Below, piece by piece: positions 34,296 through 44,667 of a stretch of 64,000 bases of DNA. Under the pieces are notes generated by a model. It did no database searches, was not told where the DNA came from, and worked only from the letters and a program-made list of their open reading frames with translations. Made by a program: the position numbers and the translations under genes. The DNA comes from a virus. Each line of letters starts with the position of its first letter. Position 1 is the stretch's first letter. The stretch covers positions 66,644 to 130,643 of IMG/VR virus record IMGVR_UViG_3300050821_001948; one strand, 5' to 3'.

Positions 34296-34577
34296 TTACG
34301 GTTCTTGGTAGCGCGGAAAAGCGGAGAGTTCGATGATCGGAGCCTCTCCAATCTTGGTGAGTGCCCTAACTTCCTTCATGGCACACACCATGGCGCTCGT
34401 CTGCTCTCTGTGGGCGTGTTCACAGACGAAGCTTCGGGGAGCCTTCTTGACTCCAGCCCATTGAACAATACCTTGCCAGTATGGGCTGCGAATCTCGTTG
34501 ACCCTTCCCGTACCTGCCTTACTTGCTACCTTGCGGCCCGTGCTAGCCGTCTTGCGGTCGAGCGTGGCTGTTGACAT
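34296..34577 (-). CDS. hypothetical protein (antisense, early-type promoter)
   Basis: GGAGG RBS; minus-strand TTGACA near 34670. Confidence 0.6.
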   Translation of the reverse strand: MSTATLDRKTASTGRKVASKAGTGRVNEIRSPYWQGIVQWAGVKKAPRSFVCEHAHREQTSAMVCAMKEVRALTKIGEAPIIELSAFPRYQEP

Positions 34578-34799
34578 TTGTCCCCAACCTCCCTCTCTCT
34601 GTTTAACTTCTGGCGCTTAGTCTGGACCAGAAGATTCATAGACTGAAGGTACGGCGCTTCGAGATATCTGTCAAGGGCTAATTTTTGTGAAGTCCGACAC
34701 GGTAAGTTCATGCGTTTGTTGCCTGGATTTTCCTACTTTGGGTGCTAGGGTTACCACTCGTAGTAGATCCGGGCCTTGAGCCCTAGGGGATGGGGAGTT

Positions 34800-35099
34800 A
34801 TGCAAACTGATATTCAGAACTCTGATGTTGACAGATTCAACGAGGCATGGAAGAATCTCCAGGCTTCTATACAGATCATGACCGCCGATGGCCTTTTCCC
34901 CAGTGATACCCTAGGTGCTTCTGTTGGTCGAGTGGATCAGGGGGTGCTAGAGGCGGCATCTAAGGGTATGTGTGATTCTGTGATAGACTCCCTGGGTGGC
35001 CACGTGAGCTGCGATGTTCATGGCGCCATGGCAGCTCTGTTCTCAATGGGGGTTCTGTGCGGCATCGAGTTCCAGCGCCTAGGTGGTACCAGCACGTAG
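34800..35099 (+). CDS. hypothetical protein
   Basis: GGGGAG RBS. Confidence 0.55.
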   Translation: MQTDIQNSDVDRFNEAWKNLQASIQIMTADGLFPSDTLGASVGRVDQGVLEAASKGMCDSVIDSLGGHVSCDVHGAMAALFSMGVLCGIEFQRLGGTST

Positions 35100-35135
35100 G
35101 TTGGAAAACCGCTCCAGGGTGCCGATATTCATGGT

Positions 35136-35642
35136 ATGAAATCTGGAGACTTCGGCCTCATCGCCACTAGCGACATCTTCGGTCGCCTCATACGCCTCGT
35201 AACTGGTGGTTCAGTCAACCACGCCTTCATCGTTGTAAACGACAGCATTATAGAGATGCAACCTTCCGGTGTCAAGCTTTCTCCTATAGATCAGTACGGC
35301 CCGAAGACGATCTGGGTAACCGTCCCGCTCCCACCACTATCAGATGAGGCGCGCCAGCTCGTAGTTCAAGCCGCCCAGGGTCTGTACCAGCGTCAAGTCA
35401 GGTACTCGTTCAAGGATATCGCCGCACAGCTCCTGTACCGCACCTTCCACGTGCGCCCGAGGTGGCTGGCTGAGTTCATAAGCAGCACCAAGAGTATGGT
35501 GTGCTCACAGTCGGTGGACTGGTGTTACTCCCAAGCTGGTGTGCAGCTATTTAACGATGGCCGACTTCCTGGCCTGGTCGCACCGAGTGATCTCCTAACC
35601 TTAGCTAAGCAGAATGGATGGGTCAATGACGGTTCACGATAA
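35136..35642 (+). CDS. permuted papain-like amidase (YaeF/YiiX, NlpC/P60 superfamily)
   Basis: GD..., NHAFI, Y, MVCSQ, PSDL in permuted order; GCCGATA 8 nt upstream. Confidence 0.75.
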   Translation: MKSGDFGLIATSDIFGRLIRLVTGGSVNHAFIVVNDSIIEMQPSGVKLSPIDQYGPKTIWVTVPLPPLSDEARQLVVQAAQGLYQRQVRYSFKDIAAQLLYRTFHVRPRWLAEFISSTKSMVCSQSVDWCYSQAGVQLFNDGRLPGLVAPSDLLTLAKQNGWVNDGSR

Positions 35643-36030
35643 GATTTGGAAGAAGCATCCTGCTGTATCTAAGGGCGAGAAGCTGAGTATTGGACAGAGG
35701 TCTGCCGACCACATGAAGGGCGTTCTGGCTACATGGCCAGCACTTATCCTTGTTTCAGTCTCTATAGTTGCTTGGATGGTTACGAATGGCGGCGGAATAG
35801 ACAAGAGTCCTTGGATTCTTCTAAACCTATGCTTATCTTGTTTTGCGGCCCTTCAGTGCTTCGTGCTACTTATTGCTAATAAGCGCGGTGAGCAAATTGC
35901 CGCCGAAATAGCTCAGCACACATATGAGAATACCCAAAAGCTGACTCAGCTACTGGAAGAGAATACCACACTCACCGCAACGGTTAATCAGTTAACGACA
36001 GATATCCATACACATATCATGAATTCCTAG
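35626..36030 (+). CDS. DUF1003-like membrane protein
   Basis: GQRSAD...TW, D..PWILLNLCLSCFAALQ..VLLIANKR. Confidence 0.75.
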   Translation: MTVHDKIWKKHPAVSKGEKLSIGQRSADHMKGVLATWPALILVSVSIVAWMVTNGGGIDKSPWILLNLCLSCFAALQCFVLLIANKRGEQIAAEIAQHTYENTQKLTQLLEENTTLTATVNQLTTDIHTHIMNS

Positions 36031-36086
36031 AACTAAATTCTTAGCATACTAGGTGTCGATAAATATTATTGAGAGGACGGTTGGAA

Positions 36087-36677
36087 ATGATTGAGAATTC
36101 TGAGTCAACCGTTCCTGGTGCCAACGCTCCTTATAAGATTCAGAGGCGCGGTAATAAGTATGTTGTGGTAAATAATGCTGGTTTGACTAAAGCTACATTC
36201 ACCACTAGGGCGGAAGCCCTAGCTTACCAGCGAGCGTTATATGTCAATGTTCCAGGCGCAGCCAAGAGGGCTGATGAGACTAAGTTTACGGGAAAGGCCC
36301 GTAATCGTATACCGGAGGCTGCTATGTGGCGCGTAGAGGATTCAAAGGTTATTCGTGCTATAGACGATAGTGTTGTGCGTATTTGTGCTAATACCGAGGA
36401 TGCAGTAGAATATGCTGCTAATTTGGAGTCGCATCTCTACCTAGAGAAGGCGCGCAAGTTTGATACCGCTACTCGGAAGAAGCTTGCATCCACAGGTGCA
36501 GCTCTTCCTGATGGTTCGTACCCAATCGAGAACACTGAAGACCTTCGTAATGCTGTGCGTGCATACGGTCGCGCAAATGACCCAGATGAGGTAAAGGCGC
36601 ACATCAAGAAGAGGGCAGCGGCTCTCGGTGCATCAGATATACTTCCGGTTGCATGGAAGAGCGCTGGCGGCTATTAG
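36087..36677 (+). CDS. hypothetical head-associated protein
   Basis: C-terminal ALPDGSYPI...DLRNAVRAYGRA domain often seen fused to phage head proteins. Confidence 0.6.
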   Translation: MIENSESTVPGANAPYKIQRRGNKYVVVNNAGLTKATFTTRAEALAYQRALYVNVPGAAKRADETKFTGKARNRIPEAAMWRVEDSKVIRAIDDSVVRICANTEDAVEYAANLESHLYLEKARKFDTATRKKLASTGAALPDGSYPIENTEDLRNAVRAYGRANDPDEVKAHIKKRAAALGASDILPVAWKSAGGY

Positions 36678-36734
36678 AGTGAGCGACCTTTCGGGATCTG
36701 TTGGTTCTACGGTAGTCCACCCGAACCCTGTCAG

Positions 36735-37187
36735 GTGAAGCACGTTCGTCGCCTTTCTCGTGATCAGATTGGCGAGGCTATCTTTGGTATTGAAGATGGT
36801 GTTGTTTCCATCCTTGGTGTGGAAATTGGATTTCTTTCATCTGGTGGACATACTCATTTGCTTGCAATTGTCTTAGGACTCGCTGTAGCGGCTACCGTTT
36901 CCATGGCTGGTGGTCAGTATCTTGGGGATGATAAGAAGCGCTTAGGTTTAGCTCTAGTCATGGGGTTATCAACACTAATTGGTACTGTCATTCCAGCCGT
37001 TCCAATTATCCTATTTGGAACTGGGTGGCTCGGGGTGACAGCTATGATTGGCGTAGTCATGGCGACAGGAGCAAGTATCGCGGCTATACGTCCAGGTGGC
37101 ATTAGGTCATGGTTGGAGACGTTTGGAATCCTCGGAATAGCTAGTCTAGCCGCCATTTTGGTTCCCTTATTTACTGGGGCCGCTTAA
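36735..37187 (+). CDS. VIT1/CCC1-family membrane protein
   Basis: IFGIEDGVVSILG, A.TVSMAGGQYL, multiple TM helices. Confidence 0.75.
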   Translation: MKHVRRLSRDQIGEAIFGIEDGVVSILGVEIGFLSSGGHTHLLAIVLGLAVAATVSMAGGQYLGDDKKRLGLALVMGLSTLIGTVIPAVPIILFGTGWLGVTAMIGVVMATGASIAAIRPGGIRSWLETFGILGIASLAAILVPLFTGAA

Positions 37188-37253
37188 TTCATTAGCATTT
37201 GGTGTCGAATGATATAATGGAAGCAAGACTGGAACTGGAAAAGGAGTATAGAA

Positions 37254-37787
37254 ATGACTGACGAAAAGGCTGAGTTCGACGCCGAGAAGAACATTGAGAC
37301 CTGGGAATCCGTATTCCCTGGCACCGTGTGGCTGCTGGTACGTGATCCTAGGGATTCATCCGGCTACAAGAAGGTGCGAGTTGGGGGTCGCCAAGGCGGC
37401 TCCAAGAGGGTTCGTCTTTCAACGGACGATCGCCGTTACAACCAAGAACAGGTTGTTGACGAAATGTCTGAGCACGATCCGTTCACTAGTGGCGCACTTC
37501 GCCTAGTTGATGAGAAGCATGCGGATGACGTTAATGCGACTTACCATCTGACTAATGCAGACCTCGAAGAGTTCCTTGCGCTCAAGGACACTGATCTATT
37601 TACTCAGCAGGTCAATGATATTAAGTCGGAACTGATCGTTAGGCGCCTTTATGCCATTGCCGAAAAGAGTGGTACGGGTACTCAGGTTGAAATAATCCGG
37701 GACATCATTGATGAGCGTTACGGATTCGCTAAGTCGCAGGAGTCAACATTGGATGATTCTAAGGGTATTAGGCTTAGCGAGTTCTAA
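37254..37787 (+). CDS. hypothetical protein
   Basis: AGGAG RBS; biased codons. Confidence 0.7.
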   Translation: MTDEKAEFDAEKNIETWESVFPGTVWLLVRDPRDSSGYKKVRVGGRQGGSKRVRLSTDDRRYNQEQVVDEMSEHDPFTSGALRLVDEKHADDVNATYHLTNADLEEFLALKDTDLFTQQVNDIKSELIVRRLYAIAEKSGTGTQVEIIRDIIDERYGFAKSQESTLDDSKGIRLSEF

Positions 37788-38095
37788 TGTTTAACCGTAA
37801 AGCCCTCAGGAGAGCTGAGGCCGATCTGGAGCGTACCCAGCAAAAATTAGATAACGTAAGATCATGGCTCGAAGGTCTCGTGGATGAAGCTGGAAGTATA
37901 TATGCTAAGGAAAGATGGATGGTACGTCGCTCTAGGCTCCGTCAGGCTATGAACTTCGATGTACCATACGTTCCGCTTGCGAATCCATTTGTCTCAAAGA
38001 TAGATGAATCTAGTAATGCGGGTTCCCAGTTTCTCAATATTCGGGCAGATCGCATGAAGCTTACCCCCGAAGATATCGCTATCATTAGCACCTAA
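37787..38095 (+). CDS. hypothetical protein
   Basis: coupled ORF. Confidence 0.55.
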   Translation: MFNRKALRRAEADLERTQQKLDNVRSWLEGLVDEAGSIYAKERWMVRRSRLRQAMNFDVPYVPLANPFVSKIDESSNAGSQFLNIRADRMKLTPEDIAIIST

Positions 38096-38139
38096 ATTGG
38101 TGCATCAGATTTACTTGATGTTTGGCCGATACATAACAT

Positions 38140-38511
38140 ATGGCTGCTGGAACACAGGATATTATCATTGAGGTTGGGTCTTCTTTTCGCATGTCCTTAA
38201 CTTGGGATGATGAGCATGGGAATCCAATTGATCTTACCGGGAAGACTGCGCATATGCAGATCCGGCCGAAGGCTGGAACGGGTGGTACTCCTCTTTTGGA
38301 CGCAACGAATGTTGCTAATCCAACCACTGGAACCGTCTTGGCTCTCGGTGGTGTTCTTGGAACGATTAACATATTCCTTTCTAGCGCAGACACCGTGAGT
38401 ATCACTGGAAAGAAGGCTGAGTGGGATCTATATGTGATCACCTCACCCACTGATGCAGTGCGCGTTCTTGAGGGTAAGGTAACGCTTTCTCCTAGCACAA
38501 CGGTGAACTAA
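38140..38511 (+). CDS. virion structural protein (fibre-attachment-like)
   Basis: PIDLTG.TA.MQIR...WDL...LEG.V; GCCGATA 8 nt upstream. Confidence 0.7.
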   Translation: MAAGTQDIIIEVGSSFRMSLTWDDEHGNPIDLTGKTAHMQIRPKAGTGGTPLLDATNVANPTTGTVLALGGVLGTINIFLSSADTVSITGKKAEWDLYVITSPTDAVRVLEGKVTLSPSTTVN

Positions 38512-38512
38512 T

Positions 38513-38953
38513 ATGACAGTAGTAGTAGTTGATACAGAGATTGTTGTTGTTGAGCAGGATCGACCTGTAAATATCACGGTCAGCGAGACACCTAATACCG
38601 TTTCGGTTACCGATATGTCTATTGGTGAAACAGTTCGATCAGATAATCTTGTAGATGTAGTTGAGGAAGCTGACTCTGTTGTTGTTCAGGGCGTCGGAAT
38701 CCAGGGACCACCTGGGGCTGACGGCCCACAGGGTCCACCTGGCATTGGGGTTGATTCAAGATACATACATACCCAGATTCTTCCGAATACTATATGGACA
38801 GTTAATCATAACCTTAATCGTGATGTGGCCGTCATTCGCTTACAAGACTCAGCGGGAACAGTCTATGAAGATCCAGCATACTCAATAGTTGATTCTAATA
38901 ACCTGATCATTAATCTTTACTACCCGATAGGCGGAAAGGCGGTTATCCTATAA
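38513..38953 (+). CDS. short collagen-repeat structural protein
   Basis: GIQGPPGADGPQGPPG; W.VNHNL. Confidence 0.7.
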   Translation: MTVVVVDTEIVVVEQDRPVNITVSETPNTVSVTDMSIGETVRSDNLVDVVEEADSVVVQGVGIQGPPGADGPQGPPGIGVDSRYIHTQILPNTIWTVNHNLNRDVAVIRLQDSAGTVYEDPAYSIVDSNNLIINLYYPIGGKAVIL

Positions 38954-40179
38954 TGGGACAGCATTTATCACAGGAGAACTTCCTTTCCATTCCTCTACTG
39001 GGTGTCGTAGATGAGCAGCTTGCATCTGCTCCTTCAACCCCCGCAACGGGACGTATGTACTATGACACAACCTTGGGTTATGAATTAATCAACACTGGAA
39101 CCTCGGGTTCCCCTGTTTGGGTTCCCATGGCCCTTGTTGCTGGTATTGTTACGAATGCCATGCTCGCTGGTTCGATTGCTAATAGTAAGCTTGCAACTAA
39201 CCCCCTAGCTCGTGCTAACCACACCGGCACGCAGACCGCTAGCACAATTTCTGACCTTGCGACAGTTGTTCAGGCATATACACTGGATCAGTTCGCTGCG
39301 GCTGCCGCAAGTATAAATCTTAACAGCCACAAGCTAATCAACGTAACGGACCCGACTTCGGCTCAGGATGCTGCAACTAAGGCATACGTTGACTCTGTTG
39401 CTTCGGGTCTAAGTGTTCATGGTTCAGTGCGAGCTTCCACGGTCGGAACTGAAACGTTCACGGTTGTCTCGGGCTCAGTAACGGTTATCACCGGAACAAC
39501 TATTGATGGTGTTTCACCATCAGTTAACGATCGTATCCTTATTAAGGATGCCCCTTCTGCTACGGGGGTTGGATCTGCCAACTCTACACAGCCTGGTAAC
39601 GGTGTCTATGTTGTTACCTCGAACACCACAAACCTATCAGTTTCTCGTGCGACAGATATGTCTGGAACGAACCTTCCGGCCGGTGTATTCGTCTTTGTTG
39701 AAGCTGGTACCGTTAACGGTTCCGGTGGTTTCGTCGTTAGCACTCCGAGTTCTGGGGCTGCATTCACTTATGGAACTAACAACATTGCATGGACCCAATT
39801 CTCTGGTGCCGGGGAGATTACTGCTGGAACCGGCCTTACGAAGTCTGGTAACACAATCTCACTTAGCACTCCCGTAAGCGCCGCAAACGGTGGTACTGGT
39901 GTTTCCTCATTAGCTGCCCTTAAGACTGCCCTTGGCGTTCCTGGCGTGTTCTCCGCATCCATTCCAGCTATCTCTGCTGGTGGTACGAACACTCTAGTCC
40001 ATAGTCTTGGAACCACCTCAGTCATGGTGGCCTTCCTTCCAGCCTCTGGTGGTGTTGTTACAGCAGACGCTTCCGCCGTAGATCTGGACTGGTCTGTGCA
40101 CGATTCAAACACCTTGACTATTGGACCCCCGGCTTCTGCTATCTCCGCAGGTGCCTATAGGGTCGTAGTTGTTGGGTAA
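38953..40179 (+). CDS. fibre/head-decoration protein
   Basis: RANHTGTQ, DPTSAQDAATKAYVD, DRILIKD...NGVYVV, WTQFSGAG motifs. Confidence 0.7.
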   Translation: MGQHLSQENFLSIPLLGVVDEQLASAPSTPATGRMYYDTTLGYELINTGTSGSPVWVPMALVAGIVTNAMLAGSIANSKLATNPLARANHTGTQTASTISDLATVVQAYTLDQFAAAAASINLNSHKLINVTDPTSAQDAATKAYVDSVASGLSVHGSVRASTVGTETFTVVSGSVTVITGTTIDGVSPSVNDRILIKDAPSATGVGSANSTQPGNGVYVVTSNTTNLSVSRATDMSGTNLPAGVFVFVEAGTVNGSGGFVVSTPSSGAAFTYGTNNIAWTQFSGAGEITAGTGLTKSGNTISLSTPVSAANGGTGVSSLAALKTALGVPGVFSASIPAISAGGTNTLVHSLGTTSVMVAFLPASGGVVTADASAVDLDWSVHDSNTLTIGPPASAISAGAYRVVVVG

Positions 40180-40194
40180 TGGTATAATCATTAC

Positions 40195-42810
40195 ATGCCC
40201 AGTACTAGCTTAAGTAAGAATGGTGAATCCCTAGTCGGTCCCCTATCCGTAAATGGGGGAACTGGTGTTATCGCTGGCCGCTACATGGGATCAACCGCCT
40301 CAGGTATACCAACTTCTGGGACTTTTAATACTGGGGACTTTATAGCTTCCCAGGACGGTGCCTTATATATTTGCACCGCAGGTGGGTCACCTGGAACCTG
40401 GAAGCAGCTTGGAACAAGTGCAACATCAACTAAAACAGCAAGTTTTACTCTCGTCACTCGTACCGCCTACCAGGTAACCCCAGCGGCGGCGGTAACAGCA
40501 ACCCTCCCCGCTGCAAGCGCAACAGCGGCGGGGGATTGGGTAATAATCACTTTAATTGATCCTACGAATGGATCAATTACCATCGCTCCAAATGGTGCTG
40601 ATACAATAGATGCCGTTAATGCTTCCATTGGAATGGATAAGTATAATCAGGTATTCCAGCTCATTTCAGATGGATCATCCGGCTGGAGGGCGTTCCGTGA
40701 TGGCATAGGCACAGCATCATCTACTGCTATGAGTATTATGTCGAGAGACTCATCTGGGTCTACCGCAGCGACTATGTTTAAGGCGGGCGGAAGTACTGGA
40801 ACTACTACTGGTCGATACGTTGGGTGCACGAACCCTTCGGGGCCACCTACTACGGGTACATTCCAGGCTGGTGATTATGTTGTATCGGTAGACGGCGGGT
40901 TATATGTTTGCACTACTGGTGGATCTCCTGGAACGTGGACCGTTCCTAATATCCCAGTTGGTTCCATCTATATGTATGGTGGATCTCTTCCTAATGGAAC
41001 GTTATCCTGTGATGGTTCGGCTGTTTCTAGAACAACCTATGCAACTCTATTTGCTTCTATTGGTACAACCTTTGGCGCGGGTGACGGATCAACCACCTTT
41101 AATCTACCAAACTTGAAAGATAGTGTTCCAGTTGGTCTTGATTCTGGTGGTGGTTTCGCCATGGGTGCAACAGGAGGTTCAGCAACTCACACCCATACTG
41201 AAGCCGCCCATACACACCCATTGAGTGATAATGGTGCAGCAGCAATCTCATTAGCGGCGGCAACGCCAGGATTTTACTTGCGCCGCGTGACGACGGGATC
41301 ATGGGTAGAAACTCATACGGCAACCACACCTACGGGGTTTGCAACCGGGTCTTCAGCACAAACTTCAGGTGCTGGCCTGACTGGTAACACTGACTCCACG
41401 ACTCCCGGAGCCACAGGGTCCGCTAGTGAGTACCCACCCTATCAGGTTGTCGGTTTCTGTATTCGTTATCTAGCTGGCCCTCCAACCAGTGGTAGCTGGA
41501 CGGTGGGGGCTCTTTCGATAAGTGGAGTGAGCCATCCGAGTATTAGTTTTGCAGATACAGGATCAGACACCGCCCTGATTGAATTAGCTTCAGCAACGAA
41601 TGATGGAATTACAGGTTCCGCTGCCGGTGATCTTGTGGTTAAGTCTACAGGCAAAATACGTTTCGCACCCGATGGGCGCACTACCTCTGCTTTGGTGATA
41701 GGTCGCCTCGGTATTGAATCTACACAGGGATCAACTCCGGATAACAGGTGGCATTACCCAGGCCAAACTGGTGAGCCTACGATGACCCAATTCTCCTATG
41801 ATCAGCAGAACCATAACCTTATGGAATCATTCGGACGTATTCGTTTTCGTCTTGACGAGGTTGGTTGCGTCTGGCTGGAAGGTTTACTTGCTTCAGGTAC
41901 ATGGACGGGGGGAACGCTATTTACGTTGCCGGTAGGGTATCGCCCGGCTTATACTTTAGCTTTCAACTGTGTAACAGACGTTGGTTGTGGAAAGATTCAA
42001 GTTCTAGCAAACGGTAACGTAAACCTATTCACCAATGGTACTGCGGGTTCTTATATTTCTTTAACTGGGGTTACATTTATGGCTGAAGATTTAGTGGCCC
42101 CTGCATGGACTAGCCTCACTAGCGCTTTAGCTTCCGGTTGGTCGGCCGCAGGTAGTGGATTAGCACCTCCTAGAGCCTTTATTGATGACTGTGGTGATAT
42201 GCACCTATCTGGAGCTATTACGAAAGCCGGATCATCCACTACTCTTGCTTTAACGTTGCCTTCCGGTTTTCATAATACTGATCTACAGGATCTATTTCTT
42301 GTTGCTTCCGGTTCTGGAACGACAGGTACAGCCAGACTCGACTTCGACGTGTCTGGTGGTGTGACCGTTCAGAGCTACAAGAATGGTGGAAACAGCTCAT
42401 CATACGTAAGTCTTGAGGGTATCGTTCTTCCAAGTGTTAATAACGGGTGGTTCTGGAGCAACCCAACTATGGCTAACTCTTGGGTTAACTATGACGCTGC
42501 GCAGACAACCTGGATGGGTATGTCATTTGGCGTAAATAAGAACGGGATTGGAAGTTTTCGAGGTCTGATTAAGAGCGGAACTGTTAGTGTTAGTGTTAAC
42601 ACCGCAGCTCTTGGCGCGCTTCCAAAGAATCAGTTGCTGTTTATCCTTGAATGCCAAACCGGGCTTGCCCGCTCAGATATTCAAGGATTAGCCGAGCTAG
42701 GGTCCGGAGTTGGTTCCCCAGGATCACTTAGCGTCGGTCCGTATTTTAACAGTGGAACAAATGGGTACGTTAGTCTTAGCGCGCTCCGCTGGAACTCGAA
42801 GCAACTGTGA
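40195..42810 (+). CDS. fibre protein with tail-collar domain
   Basis: PVGSI...CDGSAVSRTTYATLFASIGTTFGAGDGSTTFNLP; two PTSGTF..GD...CT.GGSPGTW repeats; TLP.GYRP H-lectin-like repeats. Confidence 0.8.
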   Translation: MPSTSLSKNGESLVGPLSVNGGTGVIAGRYMGSTASGIPTSGTFNTGDFIASQDGALYICTAGGSPGTWKQLGTSATSTKTASFTLVTRTAYQVTPAAAVTATLPAASATAAGDWVIITLIDPTNGSITIAPNGADTIDAVNASIGMDKYNQVFQLISDGSSGWRAFRDGIGTASSTAMSIMSRDSSGSTAATMFKAGGSTGTTTGRYVGCTNPSGPPTTGTFQAGDYVVSVDGGLYVCTTGGSPGTWTVPNIPVGSIYMYGGSLPNGTLSCDGSAVSRTTYATLFASIGTTFGAGDGSTTFNLPNLKDSVPVGLDSGGGFAMGATGGSATHTHTEAAHTHPLSDNGAAAISLAAATPGFYLRRVTTGSWVETHTATTPTGFATGSSAQTSGAGLTGNTDSTTPGATGSASEYPPYQVVGFCIRYLAGPPTSGSWTVGALSISGVSHPSISFADTGSDTALIELASATNDGITGSAAGDLVVKSTGKIRFAPDGRTTSALVIGRLGIESTQGSTPDNRWHYPGQTGEPTMTQFSYDQQNHNLMESFGRIRFRLDEVGCVWLEGLLASGTWTGGTLFTLPVGYRPAYTLAFNCVTDVGCGKIQVLANGNVNLFTNGTAGSYISLTGVTFMAEDLVAPAWTSLTSALASGWSAAGSGLAPPRAFIDDCGDMHLSGAITKAGSSTTLALTLPSGFHNTDLQDLFLVASGSGTTGTARLDFDVSGGVTVQSYKNGGNSSSYVSLEGIVLPSVNNGWFWSNPTMANSWVNYDAAQTTWMGMSFGVNKNGIGSFRGLIKSGTVSVSVNTAALGALPKNQLLFILECQTGLARSDIQGLAELGSGVGSPGSLSVGPYFNSGTNGYVSLSALRWNSKQL

Positions 42811-42848
42811 GTCTTTTCTAACTAACATCAGGAGCCGATAAGTTAATC

Positions 42849-43397
42849 ATGACCACTACCGACTTGTCCGACTGGACTGACTCTTTGCGCCGAATGGTGG
42901 CAACGCCTGGAACTTTTGCGACCGTGTTTCCAAACACGTCAGATGACGATCTGGTTGGCTCCCTAATGGACGGTATGGCGGAAGCTCAGATGGATGGGTT
43001 TTTCATCAACCCGACCCTATTCTCCTACGACCCCGATTCAGGTATAGTTACACCAGCTCTTACTCCTCCCCAAATTTCCCTAATCGTCCTCTATGCTGGT
43101 TCACGCATCATTAGAGCTGAGTTGATGGCTCGTAATACCACATTCCGCGCGAAGGCAGGCCCAGTCGAGTTCGAGACTCAGCAGGGTTCGAACGTCCTGA
43201 CAACAATCTTGAAGGATCTTGAGCAGCGCAAGATAGATATCCTCAAGCTGTTCCGCAACTTCGGCGCCGGTATGGCCTTTAGCATGGCTGATGCTTACTT
43301 CATCAAGGCTACCGGATATTACCCAGGATTTGACTTCAGCTACAGCGATGACATCGATCGTGCATACGACTATCATGATCCTTACGGACAAGTTTGA
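42849..43397 (+). CDS. head-to-tail adaptor
   Basis: synteny; KAGPVEFE; GCCGATA 8 nt upstream. Confidence 0.6.
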   Translation: MTTTDLSDWTDSLRRMVATPGTFATVFPNTSDDDLVGSLMDGMAEAQMDGFFINPTLFSYDPDSGIVTPALTPPQISLIVLYAGSRIIRAELMARNTTFRAKAGPVEFETQQGSNVLTTILKDLEQRKIDILKLFRNFGAGMAFSMADAYFIKATGYYPGFDFSYSDDIDRAYDYHDPYGQV

Positions 43398-43837
43398 TGG
43401 CGGGCAGTAACCCGCAGTTCGATTCAGCAGCTTTTCGAACTGGGATCAAATTCGCCATGCAGATGGCGTCTCCTGAAACTCTGGATGAGCAGGCTGCGTT
43501 CTATATGCCCACTACAACAACGTACAATAAGGGTGTTGACGGGGAGAATTTTCCCTTCGATCCGACTGCAACAAAAACGTCCGTTACTCCTCCATCTATC
43601 AAGGTCGATTGCGCTATCGAGTTTAGAAATGCAGACGATCAACAGACCCCTTTTGGTGAAATAACCCCTGCTAAGGTGGTTATTACGCTACTTGATGTGG
43701 ATTACGCGCAAGTTGTTGGATTCTCCCATGTTCTTATTCGTGGAGAGAAATACATCTACCATCACACAGAGCCGTCAGTTGGCCTTTTCGATGCTACGGT
43801 TTACACCGTTCACGCGCTTGCTGAGTTGGAAACGTAA
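43397..43837 (+). CDS. head-closure/stopper protein
   Basis: synteny, beta-rich. Confidence 0.55.
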   Translation: MAGSNPQFDSAAFRTGIKFAMQMASPETLDEQAAFYMPTTTTYNKGVDGENFPFDPTATKTSVTPPSIKVDCAIEFRNADDQQTPFGEITPAKVVITLLDVDYAQVVGFSHVLIRGEKYIYHHTEPSVGLFDATVYTVHALAELET

Positions 43838-43839
43838 TC

Positions 43840-44361
43840 ATGACTACTTTGAGGTTTAGGGATAGGCATCTCCATAGGTCAATCTTTGAGACCATAAAGG
43901 GTGAGTTGACAACACTCGGGTGGTCTGGATCAACCCCCCCAATGCAATCTACTCCAGTCACTTACATAGATTTCCAGCCAGATGAAGAGGATGTTCCGGG
44001 TTATCAGATAGTTCCAAATGTTGTTTCAGTTTCTATCGGGGTACCTGGGGTTCGTAAACCATCTGAGATGGGTGATGGTCTATTCAATTACAATGTTCCA
44101 GTTTTTATAGACATCTATGGTGAGAATCGTGGTGTTGCTTGGAGCATAGGGCTCGATGTAATGGATATTCTGCGTAAGTATCGAGATACATCTTATATAA
44201 ATGACTACACGAATCCTTCTTCACCCGTCCCTTCGGGTGATACCTGGGAAGTTGACAACGAACAGGGGCCATTATTAACTCCAGCAGCAGCCCAGGCTCA
44301 GGACTTTAGGAAGTTTTGGAGAGTGTGCCGTTTTGAGGCTCATGTAGAATATCTACAATAG
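43840..44361 (+). CDS. tail terminator-like protein
   Basis: synteny; EMG...FIDIYG. Confidence 0.55.
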   Translation: MTTLRFRDRHLHRSIFETIKGELTTLGWSGSTPPMQSTPVTYIDFQPDEEDVPGYQIVPNVVSVSIGVPGVRKPSEMGDGLFNYNVPVFIDIYGENRGVAWSIGLDVMDILRKYRDTSYINDYTNPSSPVPSGDTWEVDNEQGPLLTPAAAQAQDFRKFWRVCRFEAHVEYLQ

Positions 44362-44379
44362 ATGAGATTGGAATTGGAT

Positions 44380-44667
44380 ATGGCTGAAGACGTAGTAATA
44401 AAGCTAATTACCGAGCAGCGCAAGCGTCTTGTGGCGTCCATTATGGGTGCCGCAGAGCAGAAGGCTTGGTGGAGTAAACTCACCCCGCAGGACCAGCAGC
44501 AGTATCGCCAGAAGGTTCTTGATTCAATTGGCGTATTCTATGATCTCATCCGGGATGTTGTGAAGGTAACCAATGAGGGTTGGATGGTTTCTGAGGAAGC
44601 GATTAAGCTCTTAAGTCAAGTTCATGCCAGCCAGCAGCGCTTAGAGCGAGGGAAAAATGGCCTCTAA
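44380..44667 (+). CDS. hypothetical protein
   Basis: ORF track. Confidence 0.6.
   Translation: MAEDVVIKLITEQRKRLVASIMGAAEQKAWWSKLTPQDQQQYRQKVLDSIGVFYDLIRDVVKVTNEGWMVSEEAIKLLSQVHASQQRLERGKNGL

Noticed and set aside
33693-34574. 293-aa alternative-frame ORF over the capsid gene
   Set aside because: Shadow frame from strong codon bias; crosses a terminator
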